Assembly: GCA_963793265.1 (NCBI GenBank)
Contig: CAWBZI010000006.1
Location: 448,001-512,000, forward strand
Length of the DNA: 64,000 nucleotides
DNA from: an uncultured cyanobacterium
GTDB lineage: Bacteria; Cyanobacteriota; Cyanobacteriia; Phormidesmidales; Phormidesmidaceae
Direction: 5' to 3'
Position 1 is the stretch's first letter, and every line of letters begins with the position of its first letter. Both the position numbers and the translations under genes were made by a program. Positions 48,358 through 59,226 of this stretch are shown here, in pieces. The notes below the pieces were generated by a model, which saw only the letters and a program-made list of their open reading frames with translations, was not told where the DNA came from and did no database searches.

Positions 48358-48960
48358 CTACCAGCCGAACGACGAGTACTTAGAGCCAATCTCAAACGCC
48401 TCACGCGCCGCTGCATCGTCTTTCTCTGTTGCAGGTACCGTTTCAACCCGCGACTCCGCACAAAAAGAAGCCGTGCTAAGTCCACCAAAGCGCTTCACTA
48501 CACTTGTCCGCACCCGCAAATCAGGACTCGGAAACCAAAACCGCTCGACCGAACTCATCGTTTCGTAGTCAGTCGTCAGCACCAGGCCATTTTCCGAATC
48601 CATCTCATAGCGCCCAATCACCGGCACAATCTCAGCGTAGCCCCGCTCCCTGAGCAAATTTCCTGTCTGCGGATTGTCTTCATCCGGCACCAGCGCAAAC
48701 ACCGTCTCGCCCTTGTGATTTTCGCCTTCTTTATCCCAGGCCATTTCACCGTTCCACTGCACATAAGCACCGCCCACAGCCGTCGCCGGATCAACCTCGT
48801 GCATATTGCAAATAGCGATGACCTTTTCGTTATCAGCAGGCAGCGCCTCTACTGAAATATTTGAGCCGCCCAGCTCTGCTCTACGAAAAGGGAGGTGGTG
48901 CGTGGTGCGCTGCGAAAGCCACTGCCCGCCACTTGCCTGAAAAAATTCCATTACGTTCAT
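48358..48960 (-). CDS. cpcS: Phycocyanobilin lyase CpcS
   Basis: MNVMEFFQASGGQWLSQRTTHHLPFRRAE, LLRERGYAEIVPV, ERFWF. Confidence 0.9.
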   Translation of the reverse strand: MNVMEFFQASGGQWLSQRTTHHLPFRRAELGGSNISVEALPADNEKVIAICNMHEVDPATAVGGAYVQWNGEMAWDKEGENHKGETVFALVPDEDNPQTGNLLRERGYAEIVPVIGRYEMDSENGLVLTTDYETMSSVERFWFPSPDLRVRTSVVKRFGGLSTASFCAESRVETVPATEKDDAAAREAFEIGSKYSSFGW

Positions 48961-49358
48961 AGCGACTTCTCTTGACCTTTTTAAAAACTGTAGTTGACAC
49001 TCTTGATACCGAAGAGTGCTGCATTCTATCCCTACTATAGCGCTCAAGCTATGCCCTATAAGCGCTGAGCCGTGGTATCTCGGGGCCTTTTTGAACGACT
49101 TGAAGCAACCTGCCGCGAACCCCTTCTTTAGTGGGATGCCTAGCGGCCCCTTTTCCCCTCTTCTGGTTGATACCGGCGCTGAGAAGCGATCGTTAGAATA
49201 CTGCCATCACTCGTAAATAGGCTTATTTACTTAGTAGATCTACTGAACTTTGAGTGATTTGGCAAACGCAAAAGCCTTGCCAAAAGCTATGAAACTAAGT
49301 CATAGCAATAGTTTTGGAGCATTGATGCTATACTGGCCATTCAACAAAATTAATTTAA

Positions 49359-49401
49359 GTAACACTTGTTACTGAACTTATTTACAAAGCGGCGTTAGTA
49401 T
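49359..49401 (+). promoter_or_regulatory. NtcA-activated promoter of nblA
   Basis: GTA-ACACTTGT-TAC (49359-49372), a 23-bp spacer, then TAGTAT (TAN3T, 49396-49401). Confidence 0.75.
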
Positions 49402-49590
49402 GCATTAAAGTTGAAACTCATTAATTTGAAGCTTGACTACTCAAGTCCTGATTCAAGTTAAAGGAGCGCTTCGAACTTTAGAGTTCAATTGCCTTATCGG
49501 TAATTCAGCTCAAAGATTCAAACTTCACACGGTCTTGTTTTTAACCTTGGCAAGATCTTCCCCAACCTTATTCAGAGGAAAGACACCATT

Positions 49591-49776
49591 ATGAGCAAAT
49601 CAGGCAAAGATACGATGCCCGGCAACCTCAGTCTGGAGCAGCAGTTCAAGTTAAAAATCGTTCAAGATCAGGTCAGTGGCCTGAGCTTGGAGCAAGCCCA
49701 GCAGTACGTCGTTGAAGTTATGCGACAGATGATGGTAAAAGACAACCTCGTTAAGCATCTGCTAAAGAATGCGTAA
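49591..49776 (+). CDS. nblA: Phycobilisome degradation protein NblA
   Basis: LSLEQQFKL...LSLEQAQ...RQMMVKDNL. Start may be 49615. Confidence 0.93.
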   Translation: MSKSGKDTMPGNLSLEQQFKLKIVQDQVSGLSLEQAQQYVVEVMRQMMVKDNLVKHLLKNA

Positions 49777-49818
49777 CGGCCCCTTTTGCTATTCCTAACA
49801 ACCAAACTAGATATACCC

Positions 49819-49856
49819 AAGCCGGACTAATCGTCAACGATTAGCTCGGCTTTTTT
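49819..49856 (+). terminator. Intrinsic terminator after nblA
   Basis: AAGCCG-GA-CTAATCG/CGATTAG-CT-CGGCTT stem followed by a T-run. Confidence 0.75.
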
Positions 49857-49995
49857 GTTTAAGAAATGCTACGGAATGATGCAGTTGATAACGATACAAC
49901 CGCTTTTGTGATATCGCTACATCCCTCTCATAACACGGTTGCTAGCGCTTTTTTCTAGCTTTGTAACGGATTATTGCTTTGTTTTTCATAAATAG

Positions 49996-50628
<633 letters not shown>

Positions 50629-50711
50629 GTCCTTAACGGATGAACGGATTTGAAGCTTAGACCACACCGACTTTTTTGAGTTGACCGATCAAACATCATT
50701 TGGAGAATTAA

Positions 50712-51209
<498 letters not shown>

Positions 51210-51265
51210 CTGGCATAGATGAGTTGCTAGGCTAGCACTGCTAGTTTAGTCGTAGAAAAACTTGA

Positions 51266-51314
51266 AGGCTCCTAGCTGATACCTTGTTCGCAGGGCTTTG
51301 CTAGGGGCTTTTTT
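51266..51314 (+). terminator. Intrinsic terminator after cpeA
   Basis: AGGCTCCTAGC ... GCTAGGGGCTT followed by a T-run. Confidence 0.7.
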
Positions 51315-51359
51315 GTTTGGTTTTTCGTTACCCCTATCTAAACGCTATCTTCCAAAGTC

Positions 51360-51989
51360 ATGGCTACCGATTCCATTTTTGAGCAGCTTCGGCACCCCAA
51401 TCCTCAAATGCGCCAGAGGGCCTTAAGAGAAATTGTAGATACTCGCGATGAGAACACCATTCCCCGGCTGATGTCAGCGCTCAGTGAAGAAGACGTGGTG
51501 TATCGCCGGGCATGTGTGAAAACGTTGGGCGCAATTGGGATGGATTCAATTCCGGCGGTGGCTGAGCAGATGCTTAATAGTGAGAATGATACGGTCAGGG
51601 CGAGCTGTACGAAGGCAATGGCTCAAATTGCGGTGAACCATCCCGACGAGGCGTTTCCAGCAAAGGGAATGGCGGCTTTGCGTAAGGCATTAGAAGACCC
51701 TTATCCGGTGGTGCAGATTGCCTCGGTGATGTCTTTGGGCGAAATTGGTTTGCCTGCGGTGGATACGCTGCTGGATGTGCTGAAGACGACTGATAATGTA
51801 GCGATCGCGCTAACTATTACAAACACACTGGGCTCTATTGGTGACCCTCGGGCTGTAGCGGTGCTGCGTGAGCTGATTGCAGATGAGTCGGTAGATAGTT
51901 ACGTACGCGAGACGGCCCAAAGTGCGCTGCCTCGGCTAGAGCAGATGGTGCAACTGGATAATTTAAAAGGACGCGATCGGAGTGAATAA
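51360..51989 (+). CDS. cpeZ: Phycoerythrin lyase chaperone CpeZ
   Basis: FEQLRHPNP, EEDVVYRRACVKTLG, DSYVRETAQSALPRL. Confidence 0.88.
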   Translation: MATDSIFEQLRHPNPQMRQRALREIVDTRDENTIPRLMSALSEEDVVYRRACVKTLGAIGMDSIPAVAEQMLNSENDTVRASCTKAMAQIAVNHPDEAFPAKGMAALRKALEDPYPVVQIASVMSLGEIGLPAVDTLLDVLKTTDNVAIALTITNTLGSIGDPRAVAVLRELIADESVDSYVRETAQSALPRLEQMVQLDNLKGRDRSE

Positions 51990-51992
51990 ATA

Positions 51993-52790
51993 CTATGCAG
52001 CGATTAGCCCTATCAAGTCCGAAGTCCAAATGCCGGGTGCAAGCTTCAGCCTATTCGAGTATCTATCAGGATACTGAGAGTGTTTCTGAAACCCTTCCGC
52101 TTTAGCATACAAGAAATTCCACTCCATAGTTCTAGAGAAAAGACACGCAGCTACAATATCTATCTCGCCTACTCTGTAGTACCTATTTCTGCGAGTACCC
52201 CCTTCTTCATCGGTTGAGTTGCGAGTTCTTTGAAAGTCAATCGTCAGCGGAAATGCTTCAAACTGCGCTACGAATTCAGCGTCGGACAGTTGCCCTATCT
52301 GGGATTGCTGAATGCTTGAAGCGCTGTATTGATATTTTGCTAACCCAGACTCTCGGTACTCTTGAGGAACTTTTTTAAAGACAGTTGCTAGCTCAGATGA
52401 CGATAGCTCCTGAAGAGACGAAGCAGACGCGCCTATCTCATTGAGAGCAGCATCTATGAATAGACGGGTCAAATAACCTTCTTCAACAAGATATTCTACA
52501 TAGGACGCTCTCATCTTTTTATTCGATGTCTTTATGACTTCAACATTCTTGCATTCCAAGGTTATTGACGTTGAGCCTAATCTAATTATAAAGTCTTTTT
52601 CCATATCCCCTGAAGCGCTTTGATACTCATCTATCCTTCCGCTTTCACGTAAGTTATCCAGCGTTTTCTCAAGATGCTTTTCGGCTACAGCACCCCGCAC
52701 AGCCATGTACGCTCTAGGATTATTCTGAAACACTTCAGATAGTTCTTGTGACGTCAAACCTGTCGCTTGATAGAGACTAAACGACATCAA
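51993..52790 (-). CDS. Putative type II restriction endonuclease
   Basis: RGAVAEKHL...KDF...LECKNV (E...D...ExK); downstream of an HTH gene and divergent from a C5-MTase. Confidence 0.7.
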   Translation of the reverse strand: MMSFSLYQATGLTSQELSEVFQNNPRAYMAVRGAVAEKHLEKTLDNLRESGRIDEYQSASGDMEKDFIIRLGSTSITLECKNVEVIKTSNKKMRASYVEYLVEEGYLTRLFIDAALNEIGASASSLQELSSSELATVFKKVPQEYRESGLAKYQYSASSIQQSQIGQLSDAEFVAQFEAFPLTIDFQRTRNSTDEEGGTRRNRYYRVGEIDIVAACLFSRTMEWNFLYAKAEGFQKHSQYPDRYSNRLKLAPGIWTSDLIGLIAA

Positions 52791-53026
52791 GATCCCTGCC
52801 TGTGGTGCACCAAAAGATCAGATATTGAGCAGTCGAGAGACTGACAAAGCGTATCTAATACTGCGAGCGTTGTGTTGTAATCAGGACGTGAACCAATAGC
52901 CTCAAGTGTCGCCTTAGAAATGCCTGTCATCTCTGCCAACTGCTGATAGGTCAGCCTTTTACCGATTTTCTGACTATAGGAAGCCATCACTGCCCTTAGT
53001 TTTACCTCTATCACTTGTATTCTCAA
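52787..53026 (-). CDS. XRE-family HTH regulator (RM controller C-protein-like)
   Basis: LTYQQLAEMTGISKATL...TTLAVLDTLCQSLDCSISDLL; overlaps the REase start. Confidence 0.85.
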   Translation of the reverse strand: MRIQVIEVKLRAVMASYSQKIGKRLTYQQLAEMTGISKATLEAIGSRPDYNTTLAVLDTLCQSLDCSISDLLVHHRQGS

Positions 53027-53117
53027 TACAATTTTGCTATAGTCAATACAAGCATTGCCTGCATTGAGGTCTTTGATCTAGTAGGCAGCTTATTCTAAAG
53101 CAATTTGACTGTGCATA

Positions 53118-54338
53118 ATGCTCAAAATAATCAGCCTTTACACAGGGGCAGGCGGACTAGATTTAGGGCTCGAAGCCGCTGGATTTGAAACGACCATCGC
53201 TATCGAAGCTGATAAATGGGCTTGTCAGACGCTTTTGCACAATCGGCCTACCTGGAATCCTATCCAGCGAGATATCCATAGCTTAAGTAGCGCAGAGATC
53301 GCTAGCATAGGAAAGGTTGACAAGGGCGCACCCGCATTGTTAATCGGCGGGCCACCTTGCCAACCTTTCTCCAAGTCAGCCTATTGGGCTCAAGGCGATA
53401 CGCAGCGCCTAAACGACCCTAGAGCTGATACGCTGAGCGCTTATCTTAGGGTGCTAAAAGATCTAAAGCCAAAAGCCTTTCTGCTAGAGAACGTTTTCGG
53501 AATTACGTACAAGGGGAAGAGCGAAGCTGTTGAACTTCTTAAGCAGGCTGTTTGTAAGATCAATCAAGAAGAAGGTACTCGGTACACTTTTAGCTTAGGC
53601 ATTATCAATGCTGCCGACTACGGCGTTCCCCAAATGAGGGAACGTGTTTTCATAGTGGGCTCTCGGGACGGGATAGAATTTAGATTTCCATCTCCTACCC
53701 ACCAAAGCCTAACTAATAAATCAGCAGGCTTACTAACAAAAGAACCTTGGTTAACTGCGTGGGACGCTATTGGCGATCTCAATAATCTAGAACATTCAGA
53801 TATTCCAATGAATGGAAAATGGGCCAACCTGTTGCCCAGTATTCCAGAGGGTAAAAATTACCTGCACCATACTAATCGCGGTGGTGGCGTTCCTTTGTTT
53901 GGATGGCGAACTCGATATTGGAGCTTCTTATTGAAGCTATCTAAAGATAAGCCTTCTTGGACGATACAAGCTCAGCCAGGAAGTGCGGTTGGCCCGTTTC
54001 ATTGGAAAAATCGGCGGCTTTCAACTCGTGAGCTTTGCAGGCTACAAACGTTTCCAGATAGCTACGAAGTACTAGGGAGCCGAGCCGAAATTCAGAGACA
54101 GCTAGGGAATGCAGTCCCTTCTTTAATCGGTGAGATATTGGGTCGAGAAATCATGCAGCAATTTTTCAACGAAGAAGTTACTGCTGAGCTGAAGCTGTCA
54201 ATTAATAGAAATATGGAGCCTCATTCTGAGGAGCCTATTGTATCTGTTAGCGAGGAGTTTATGCATCTGCTAGGCCAGCACGAGGATCATCCAGGTGTAG
54301 GTAAAGGCCCTAGATCGGCTCATCGTGTAGGCGCTTAA
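53118..54338 (+). CDS. DNA (cytosine-5) methyltransferase
   Basis: SLYTGAGG, GGPPCQPFS, LLENV, PQMRERVF, RLQTFP, QLGNAVP. Confidence 0.95.
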   Translation: MLKIISLYTGAGGLDLGLEAAGFETTIAIEADKWACQTLLHNRPTWNPIQRDIHSLSSAEIASIGKVDKGAPALLIGGPPCQPFSKSAYWAQGDTQRLNDPRADTLSAYLRVLKDLKPKAFLLENVFGITYKGKSEAVELLKQAVCKINQEEGTRYTFSLGIINAADYGVPQMRERVFIVGSRDGIEFRFPSPTHQSLTNKSAGLLTKEPWLTAWDAIGDLNNLEHSDIPMNGKWANLLPSIPEGKNYLHHTNRGGGVPLFGWRTRYWSFLLKLSKDKPSWTIQAQPGSAVGPFHWKNRRLSTRELCRLQTFPDSYEVLGSRAEIQRQLGNAVPSLIGEILGREIMQQFFNEEVTAELKLSINRNMEPHSEEPIVSVSEEFMHLLGQHEDHPGVGKGPRSAHRVGA

Positions 54339-54385
54339 CAGTAATTAGAAAAGACGTTTATCTATGAGGCTGTCCATACAAGAAC

Positions 54386-54425
54386 AAAGAACCGCTCGGC
54401 ACCACATAGCCCGAGCGGTTCTTTT
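54386..54425. terminator. Bidirectional intrinsic terminator
   Basis: AAAGAACCGCTCGG / CCGAGCGGTTCTTT between convergent genes. Confidence 0.8.
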
Positions 54426-54457
54426 GCGTTAGTTGTTGTTTGTCTTATTTAGCATTC

Positions 54458-55909
54458 CTAGCTAGTAACTTGCTGAAGGACAGCTTCGGCTGGGCTGGGG
54501 TTCATTGCAGGGAAAACAGGCTTACGGGCTTCTAGCTGGCGTGATCGCTGCGTCCCAATCATCGAAACATTACTGGTGAGTACAAAGCTAACAAAGCTCG
54601 CAATCACAATCACTGGCAGCATGGCCGTGCCCGATAGCACGCTCAAAATGATGCTGGTGCTTACGGGCGTTTTAGTCACAGCGACATTCACAGCGGCCAT
54701 GAGGCAAACCATGGCGACGGTGGGATGAAGACCGGGAACAAGGAGGGCGATCGCTAAACCCGTGTTCGCACCAATAAAGAACAGTGGAAAGATAAAGCCG
54801 CCTAAAAAGCCAGAGTGTAGCGTGAAGCTAATCGCGAACATCTTGGCGAAGGCAATGAGCAGTAGCGAAACTGCGCCGAGGGTTGCGCCAGTTTCAATGA
54901 CCGTGTGAATTTGCTCTTCACTAAAGAAGAGCGTTTGAGGATAGACAAAGGCAATTAGGCCAATGCTCAAGCCGCCCAGGGTCGCTAATAAAATCAGGTT
55001 GTGCTCTAAAGGCGCGAGCAGTGCGCCGACTTTTTTGAATATAAAGATGAATAATACGGCGACGGCTGCGCCAACAACGCCTAAACACAGTCCTTGCAAA
55101 AGGTTGATGGGCTGCAATTCAGGGATAGCTTCAAAGTGGTAGAAGCCGCCGATGGTGATGCCGGTGTTAATGCGGAATGTCGCAAAGGAGAGAATAGCGG
55201 CGACCACAGCCGGGGCAACGGCTTCGTAGTATTCCAGGCCGCGTCGGTGTGGAATTTCGAGGGCGAAGAGGGCTGCGCCGATGGGTGCGCCGAAAAATGC
55301 GCCGAGCGCAGCGCTCATGCCGCAAAAGGTGAGCACTCGAACTGAGCTGGTATCAAGGTTGAGCTTGTCACCGAGCCAGCTACCAAAGCTGCCGTTTACC
55401 TGCACTAGCGGAGCCTCGGGGCCTGCGCTACCGCCGGAGGTAATGGCAACGAGCGAGGCAATCACCATGGCAGGCGTTTTGCTGATGTCGATGCGGCCAG
55501 GGCTGTGAATGCTGTCTACAACTTTGGCCATTTCACCGGGGAGGCCCATGAAGTAAAGCACCAGGCCCACGCCGAAGCCGCCGATAGTGGTAGCTATCCA
55601 TACGTAGTTGCTATCGGGGAGCCAGCTTGGGAAGTGGGGTGTGACAAAGGCAGGCAGTGTTGTCCAAACGCCGTGCATGAGGCTTTCGAGCACGATGTAA
55701 TAAATGGTGGCGACCAGTCCGCCGACAATACCAATCAGGCCCGCGCAGGCCATAAGCTGTACGTACGTGAGCTGCCTGTGCTCTGAAGTTTCGGGCAAGT
55801 CCGGCGCGGTGGCTGCTAGCTTTTCGGTGTTTTGGGCCGTAGTATCTTTTGCTGGGTCAAAGTCTGTCTGACTGAACTCTGTCTGACCGAAGTCTGTTTG
55901 GCTAGTCAC
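54458..55909 (-). CDS. CLC-family chloride channel/transporter (atypical motifs)
   Basis: GGSAGPEAP, AFFGAPIGAALFALE, GGFIFP; GTG at 55909 with AAGGAG upstream. Confidence 0.85.
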   Translation of the reverse strand: MTSQTDFGQTEFSQTDFDPAKDTTAQNTEKLAATAPDLPETSEHRQLTYVQLMACAGLIGIVGGLVATIYYIVLESLMHGVWTTLPAFVTPHFPSWLPDSNYVWIATTIGGFGVGLVLYFMGLPGEMAKVVDSIHSPGRIDISKTPAMVIASLVAITSGGSAGPEAPLVQVNGSFGSWLGDKLNLDTSSVRVLTFCGMSAALGAFFGAPIGAALFALEIPHRRGLEYYEAVAPAVVAAILSFATFRINTGITIGGFYHFEAIPELQPINLLQGLCLGVVGAAVAVLFIFIFKKVGALLAPLEHNLILLATLGGLSIGLIAFVYPQTLFFSEEQIHTVIETGATLGAVSLLLIAFAKMFAISFTLHSGFLGGFIFPLFFIGANTGLAIALLVPGLHPTVAMVCLMAAVNVAVTKTPVSTSIILSVLSGTAMLPVIVIASFVSFVLTSNVSMIGTQRSRQLEARKPVFPAMNPSPAEAVLQQVTS

Positions 55910-56085
55910 TATGGGGACACTCTCCTTGGGGCGATCGCTACGAATGTAGGCCCTCAGTCTAGGAACACGCCTCAAACAACTCTGTAAGTTTCAACACCAA
56001 ATGAATGAGATATCTGCAGAGTCAAATAGTGATTATGCGGTTATTACATAGTTCTTTTTGCGCCGAGGCGCGTGAAAGCGCATAG

Positions 56086-56985
56086 TTAGTCCCAACCTTC
56101 TTCACCCTGCTTTTTTTCGAGCTGCGTAATGGCTAGTTTGATGACTGGCTTGATAGTGTCGTCGGGTTCTTCGTTGAGCGCGGTCTGGAGAGGAGCGATC
56201 GCACCGCCATCCCCAATTTTCATCAACGCCATCGCTGCCGTTTTGCGCACATCCCCGTCCTCATCTGTCAGCATCTCTGCAAGCTGAGGCACAACCGCTG
56301 CATTACTCAGCTTCCCTAAAGCCGCCGCGGCTTCAGAGCGCACCATCGCTGATGAATCCTTGAGCGCTGCTAAGATCAAATCGAGTGCTTTTGTGTCTTC
56401 CTCCTCTAATGCGATCGCACTCAACGCCCCAACAACCGCACTACGAACTTCTTCTTGCTGAGCATCGGCCGCTGCATACAAATGCGCTGCGCCTGCTGAG
56501 CCCACAAAAGACAATCCCCAAGTCGCTAATCCTTTAGAACTATCAGGATATTCGGGAGAGGCAATAATGTCTATCAGCACAGGCGCAGCCGCTTCTCCCA
56601 TCACCGCCAAAGCGCCCACCACTGAACCACGCACAACCGTGTCTTCATCATGCAGCAGCGAATGCACCAGGGTTGGAATGGTGACCGGATCGGCTATGAG
56701 CGTCATTGTTTTGGCGCAAGCCCGCCGTACGGTTTCGTTTTCGTGATTAGCCAAGCCGTCTACTAATGCCGGGGTTGCAGGTTTGCCAACTTTGCCTAAA
56801 ATTTCGGCAAAAGCTAGGCGCTTTAGGCCGCGCTTGTCGTTGAAGCCTTCTACAAGCTGCACGATGAGCTGCCGGTCAGTGGCATCAAAAGTGCCTGTGG
56901 CTTGCTGGCCTTGAACCTGAGCAATTAGAGCATCGGCTTCGGCCTCGGAAAGCGCGGCAGGTTTGCTGCTGGCGGGATTTTGCAT
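56086..56985 (-). CDS. cpeF: Phycoerythrin beta-subunit E/F-type lyase CpeF (CpeF/MpeV-like)
   Basis: DKRGLKRLAFAE, VRRACAKTMTLIADP, DEDTVVRGSVVGALA; HEAT repeats. Confidence 0.75.
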   Translation of the reverse strand: MQNPASSKPAALSEAEADALIAQVQGQQATGTFDATDRQLIVQLVEGFNDKRGLKRLAFAEILGKVGKPATPALVDGLANHENETVRRACAKTMTLIADPVTIPTLVHSLLHDEDTVVRGSVVGALAVMGEAAAPVLIDIIASPEYPDSSKGLATWGLSFVGSAGAAHLYAAADAQQEEVRSAVVGALSAIALEEEDTKALDLILAALKDSSAMVRSEAAAALGKLSNAAVVPQLAEMLTDEDGDVRKTAAMALMKIGDGGAIAPLQTALNEEPDDTIKPVIKLAITQLEKKQGEEGWD

Positions 56986-57163
56986 ATCCAAAGCAGGGGT
57001 AACGGATACTCAAATTCTCCCAGATCGCGACCCAGTTAGGTTTTGTTGTGCTCAAATTTGATGGCGGTTTTTTGATTTTGCTGACGATCTAATGCGATCC
57101 TATCTACATAAGTGCGATTCTTTTGGAGTTGCGCTCCGCTGCTTTCCTTTCGCACTTTTGCCC

Positions 57164-58435
57164 ATGGATAATCGCTTTTCGCGTCTGTTTAATCTCACTG
57201 AAGCGCAGGCTATCGAAATATTAGACGGGCCTGCGGATGATTCGGATGAGGCATCGGGTCGCTACATTGCGGCCTCGCATCTGGTGAATTTTGACACTGA
57301 GGCGTCTATTGGTGCGCTGATGCGGGCGGTGAATAATGATGCACCTGATTTGGATAATCGGATTGTGCGGCGCAAGGCGGTGGAGAGCCTGGGGCGGCTG
57401 AAGGTGAAGGCGGCTTTGCCAGTGATTAAGGGATGTTTGGATGATGAAGATACTTATTTAGTGGAGAATTCGGCCTGGGCCATTGGCGAGATAGGGACTG
57501 ATAATACCGCAACGTTAGAGAAGTTAGCCGAGCAGCTTGACCGGCCCGACCAAAGCTATCGCACCATTATTCATACGCTGGCGAGCCTGGGGTATAAGCC
57601 TGCTGCTGAAAGGATCGAGCGGTTTACAAGTAGTGAGCAGGCACCGATTGCAAGTGCGGCACTCTCAGCGATGTATCAGCTAAAAGGAGACGCGCAGGCG
57701 ATTCCTCAGGTGATGAAGTTTTTGCAGAATAAGAATGTGAATGCACGGCGCGGCAGCATTCAAGATCTTATTGACGCGCGATATTTTCGAGCGATTCCAC
57801 ATATTGCCAGGTGCCCGGTGTCGAGCGTGTTTCGTTTGCGAGGAATTCGGCTGTTAGCGGAGGCTGGAATTGAGGAGAAAAAGCTAACGTTTGAGCAGGT
57901 GCGACCCTTACTAGATCAGGTGATTCGAGATCACCCCAATGATGTGGCGCTGGTGCATTCTTACGATCAGGTGCCGGAGATAGAGGGGCTGGTGCAAGAG
58001 CTGTACGGGACGGATTTTGGGCGCTGCTACTTGGCGAGTAAAACGCTAATGGAGCATTACCCAAAGGAAGCTCCGGCGGCGCTGATCAAAAGCTATGAGG
58101 CGGAGGGCTATAACGACTATGGGGCGCACTATCATATGATGCGGCTGTTTGGCTGGCTGAAGGTAGAGGCTGCTTATGATTTGCTGGTGGGGGCGCTGAA
58201 TAACAAGGCTCCGCAGTTCCAGAAGTCTCGAGTGGCTGCAGCGATCGCCCTGTCTGAACTCTCAGATACTCGCGCCGTGCCTGAACTCAAAGCTGCTTTA
58301 TCCGTACCCATTTGGGATCTGCAGTATGCGGCGCTGATGGCACTCTCAGCATTAGGGGCCGCCTCAGAGATCGATGCAGACCTATCAAATGCAGACTGGC
58401 CCGTTCAGGAAAAGGCCAAGTCTTCTGTAAGCTAG
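57164..58435 (+). CDS. cpeY: Phycoerythrin alpha-subunit lyase CpeY
   Basis: MDNRFSRLFNLTEAQAI, RYIAASHL, LYGTDFGRCY, NDYGAHYH. Confidence 0.9.
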   Translation: MDNRFSRLFNLTEAQAIEILDGPADDSDEASGRYIAASHLVNFDTEASIGALMRAVNNDAPDLDNRIVRRKAVESLGRLKVKAALPVIKGCLDDEDTYLVENSAWAIGEIGTDNTATLEKLAEQLDRPDQSYRTIIHTLASLGYKPAAERIERFTSSEQAPIASAALSAMYQLKGDAQAIPQVMKFLQNKNVNARRGSIQDLIDARYFRAIPHIARCPVSSVFRLRGIRLLAEAGIEEKKLTFEQVRPLLDQVIRDHPNDVALVHSYDQVPEIEGLVQELYGTDFGRCYLASKTLMEHYPKEAPAALIKSYEAEGYNDYGAHYHMMRLFGWLKVEAAYDLLVGALNNKAPQFQKSRVAAAIALSELSDTRAVPELKAALSVPIWDLQYAALMALSALGAASEIDADLSNADWPVQEKAKSSVS

Positions 58436-58461
58436 TAATAGACGAGTTGACCGGGACAATC

Positions 58462-59037
58462 ATGTCAGAAGCGCTTTCTATTTTTCATCGGTTTTTTGAT
58501 GCCTGTGTGGGTAGCTGGGATTCGGAGCGGACGTACCATTATTTGAGCCGATCTTCTGTAGAGCGATCGCACACCAACTTCGGTGTCTCCCCACTCACCC
58601 CTGAGCAAAAGCAAAAAGTCCTCTCCGACAACAGCTACAGTGCCAACAGCGCCCGGCTGCAAAACTGCCCTGGCTTTCACCTCGTCTTTCACACCGTCTC
58701 AGAAAAAGGCGAAGTCGTCGATCAGTCTGTGAACCTGGCCTTTGTGCCAAGCGGTAAGCCTGCTGAACACGACTATCTACTAGAGGGCGACTATTTGCGC
58801 GATCGCGCCTATGAAGAAGACCGCCCAATCATCTCCCACTTCCGCTTCGACAGCCGCACCCGAGAGCTGCTGATGACCACCCGCTACACCCACATCGTCA
58901 GCGTAGACTCCATCACCCTTGTAAACCCCAAAATGCGTATTCGTCGCATTTTCAACTACATGAAGCCGCCTGAAGGTGAGCCCTTAAGCGATCTGGCCTT
59001 AGTCGGCTTCGGCGTAGAGCAAAAGCTAGCGGGTTAG
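58462..59037 (+). CDS. S/U-type phycobiliprotein lyase (CpcV-like)
   Basis: FFDACVGSWDSERTYHYL, YLRDRAYEE, VSVDSITL, GFGVEQK. Confidence 0.78.
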   Translation: MSEALSIFHRFFDACVGSWDSERTYHYLSRSSVERSHTNFGVSPLTPEQKQKVLSDNSYSANSARLQNCPGFHLVFHTVSEKGEVVDQSVNLAFVPSGKPAEHDYLLEGDYLRDRAYEEDRPIISHFRFDSRTRELLMTTRYTHIVSVDSITLVNPKMRIRRIFNYMKPPEGEPLSDLALVGFGVEQKLAG

Positions 59038-59110
59038 CCACAAAAAAGGTTCGGTAATCGGTACAAGGCTTTCGTTGACGATACCAACACATATGTCTTA
59101 TATTTTGTGT

Positions 59111-59210
59111 ACAACTCCCCAGCGAAATCTGGTTGGGTAGTCTATATGGCTACCTGCTTAAACTATAAATGGCAAAGCCTACCTTCGTAAGTTGGTAGGC
59201 TTTGCTTTTG
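59111..59210 (+). ncRNA. Candidate structured leader RNA ending in a strong terminator, upstream of the NYN gene
   Basis: TTGACG (59075) -18 bp- TATATT (59099); hairpins at 59118-59155; 12-bp perfect stem GCAAAGCCTACC/GGTAGGCTTTGC (59172-59205) + TTTTG. Confidence 0.4.
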
Positions 59211-59226
59211 AGAGAGCTAAAGATCT

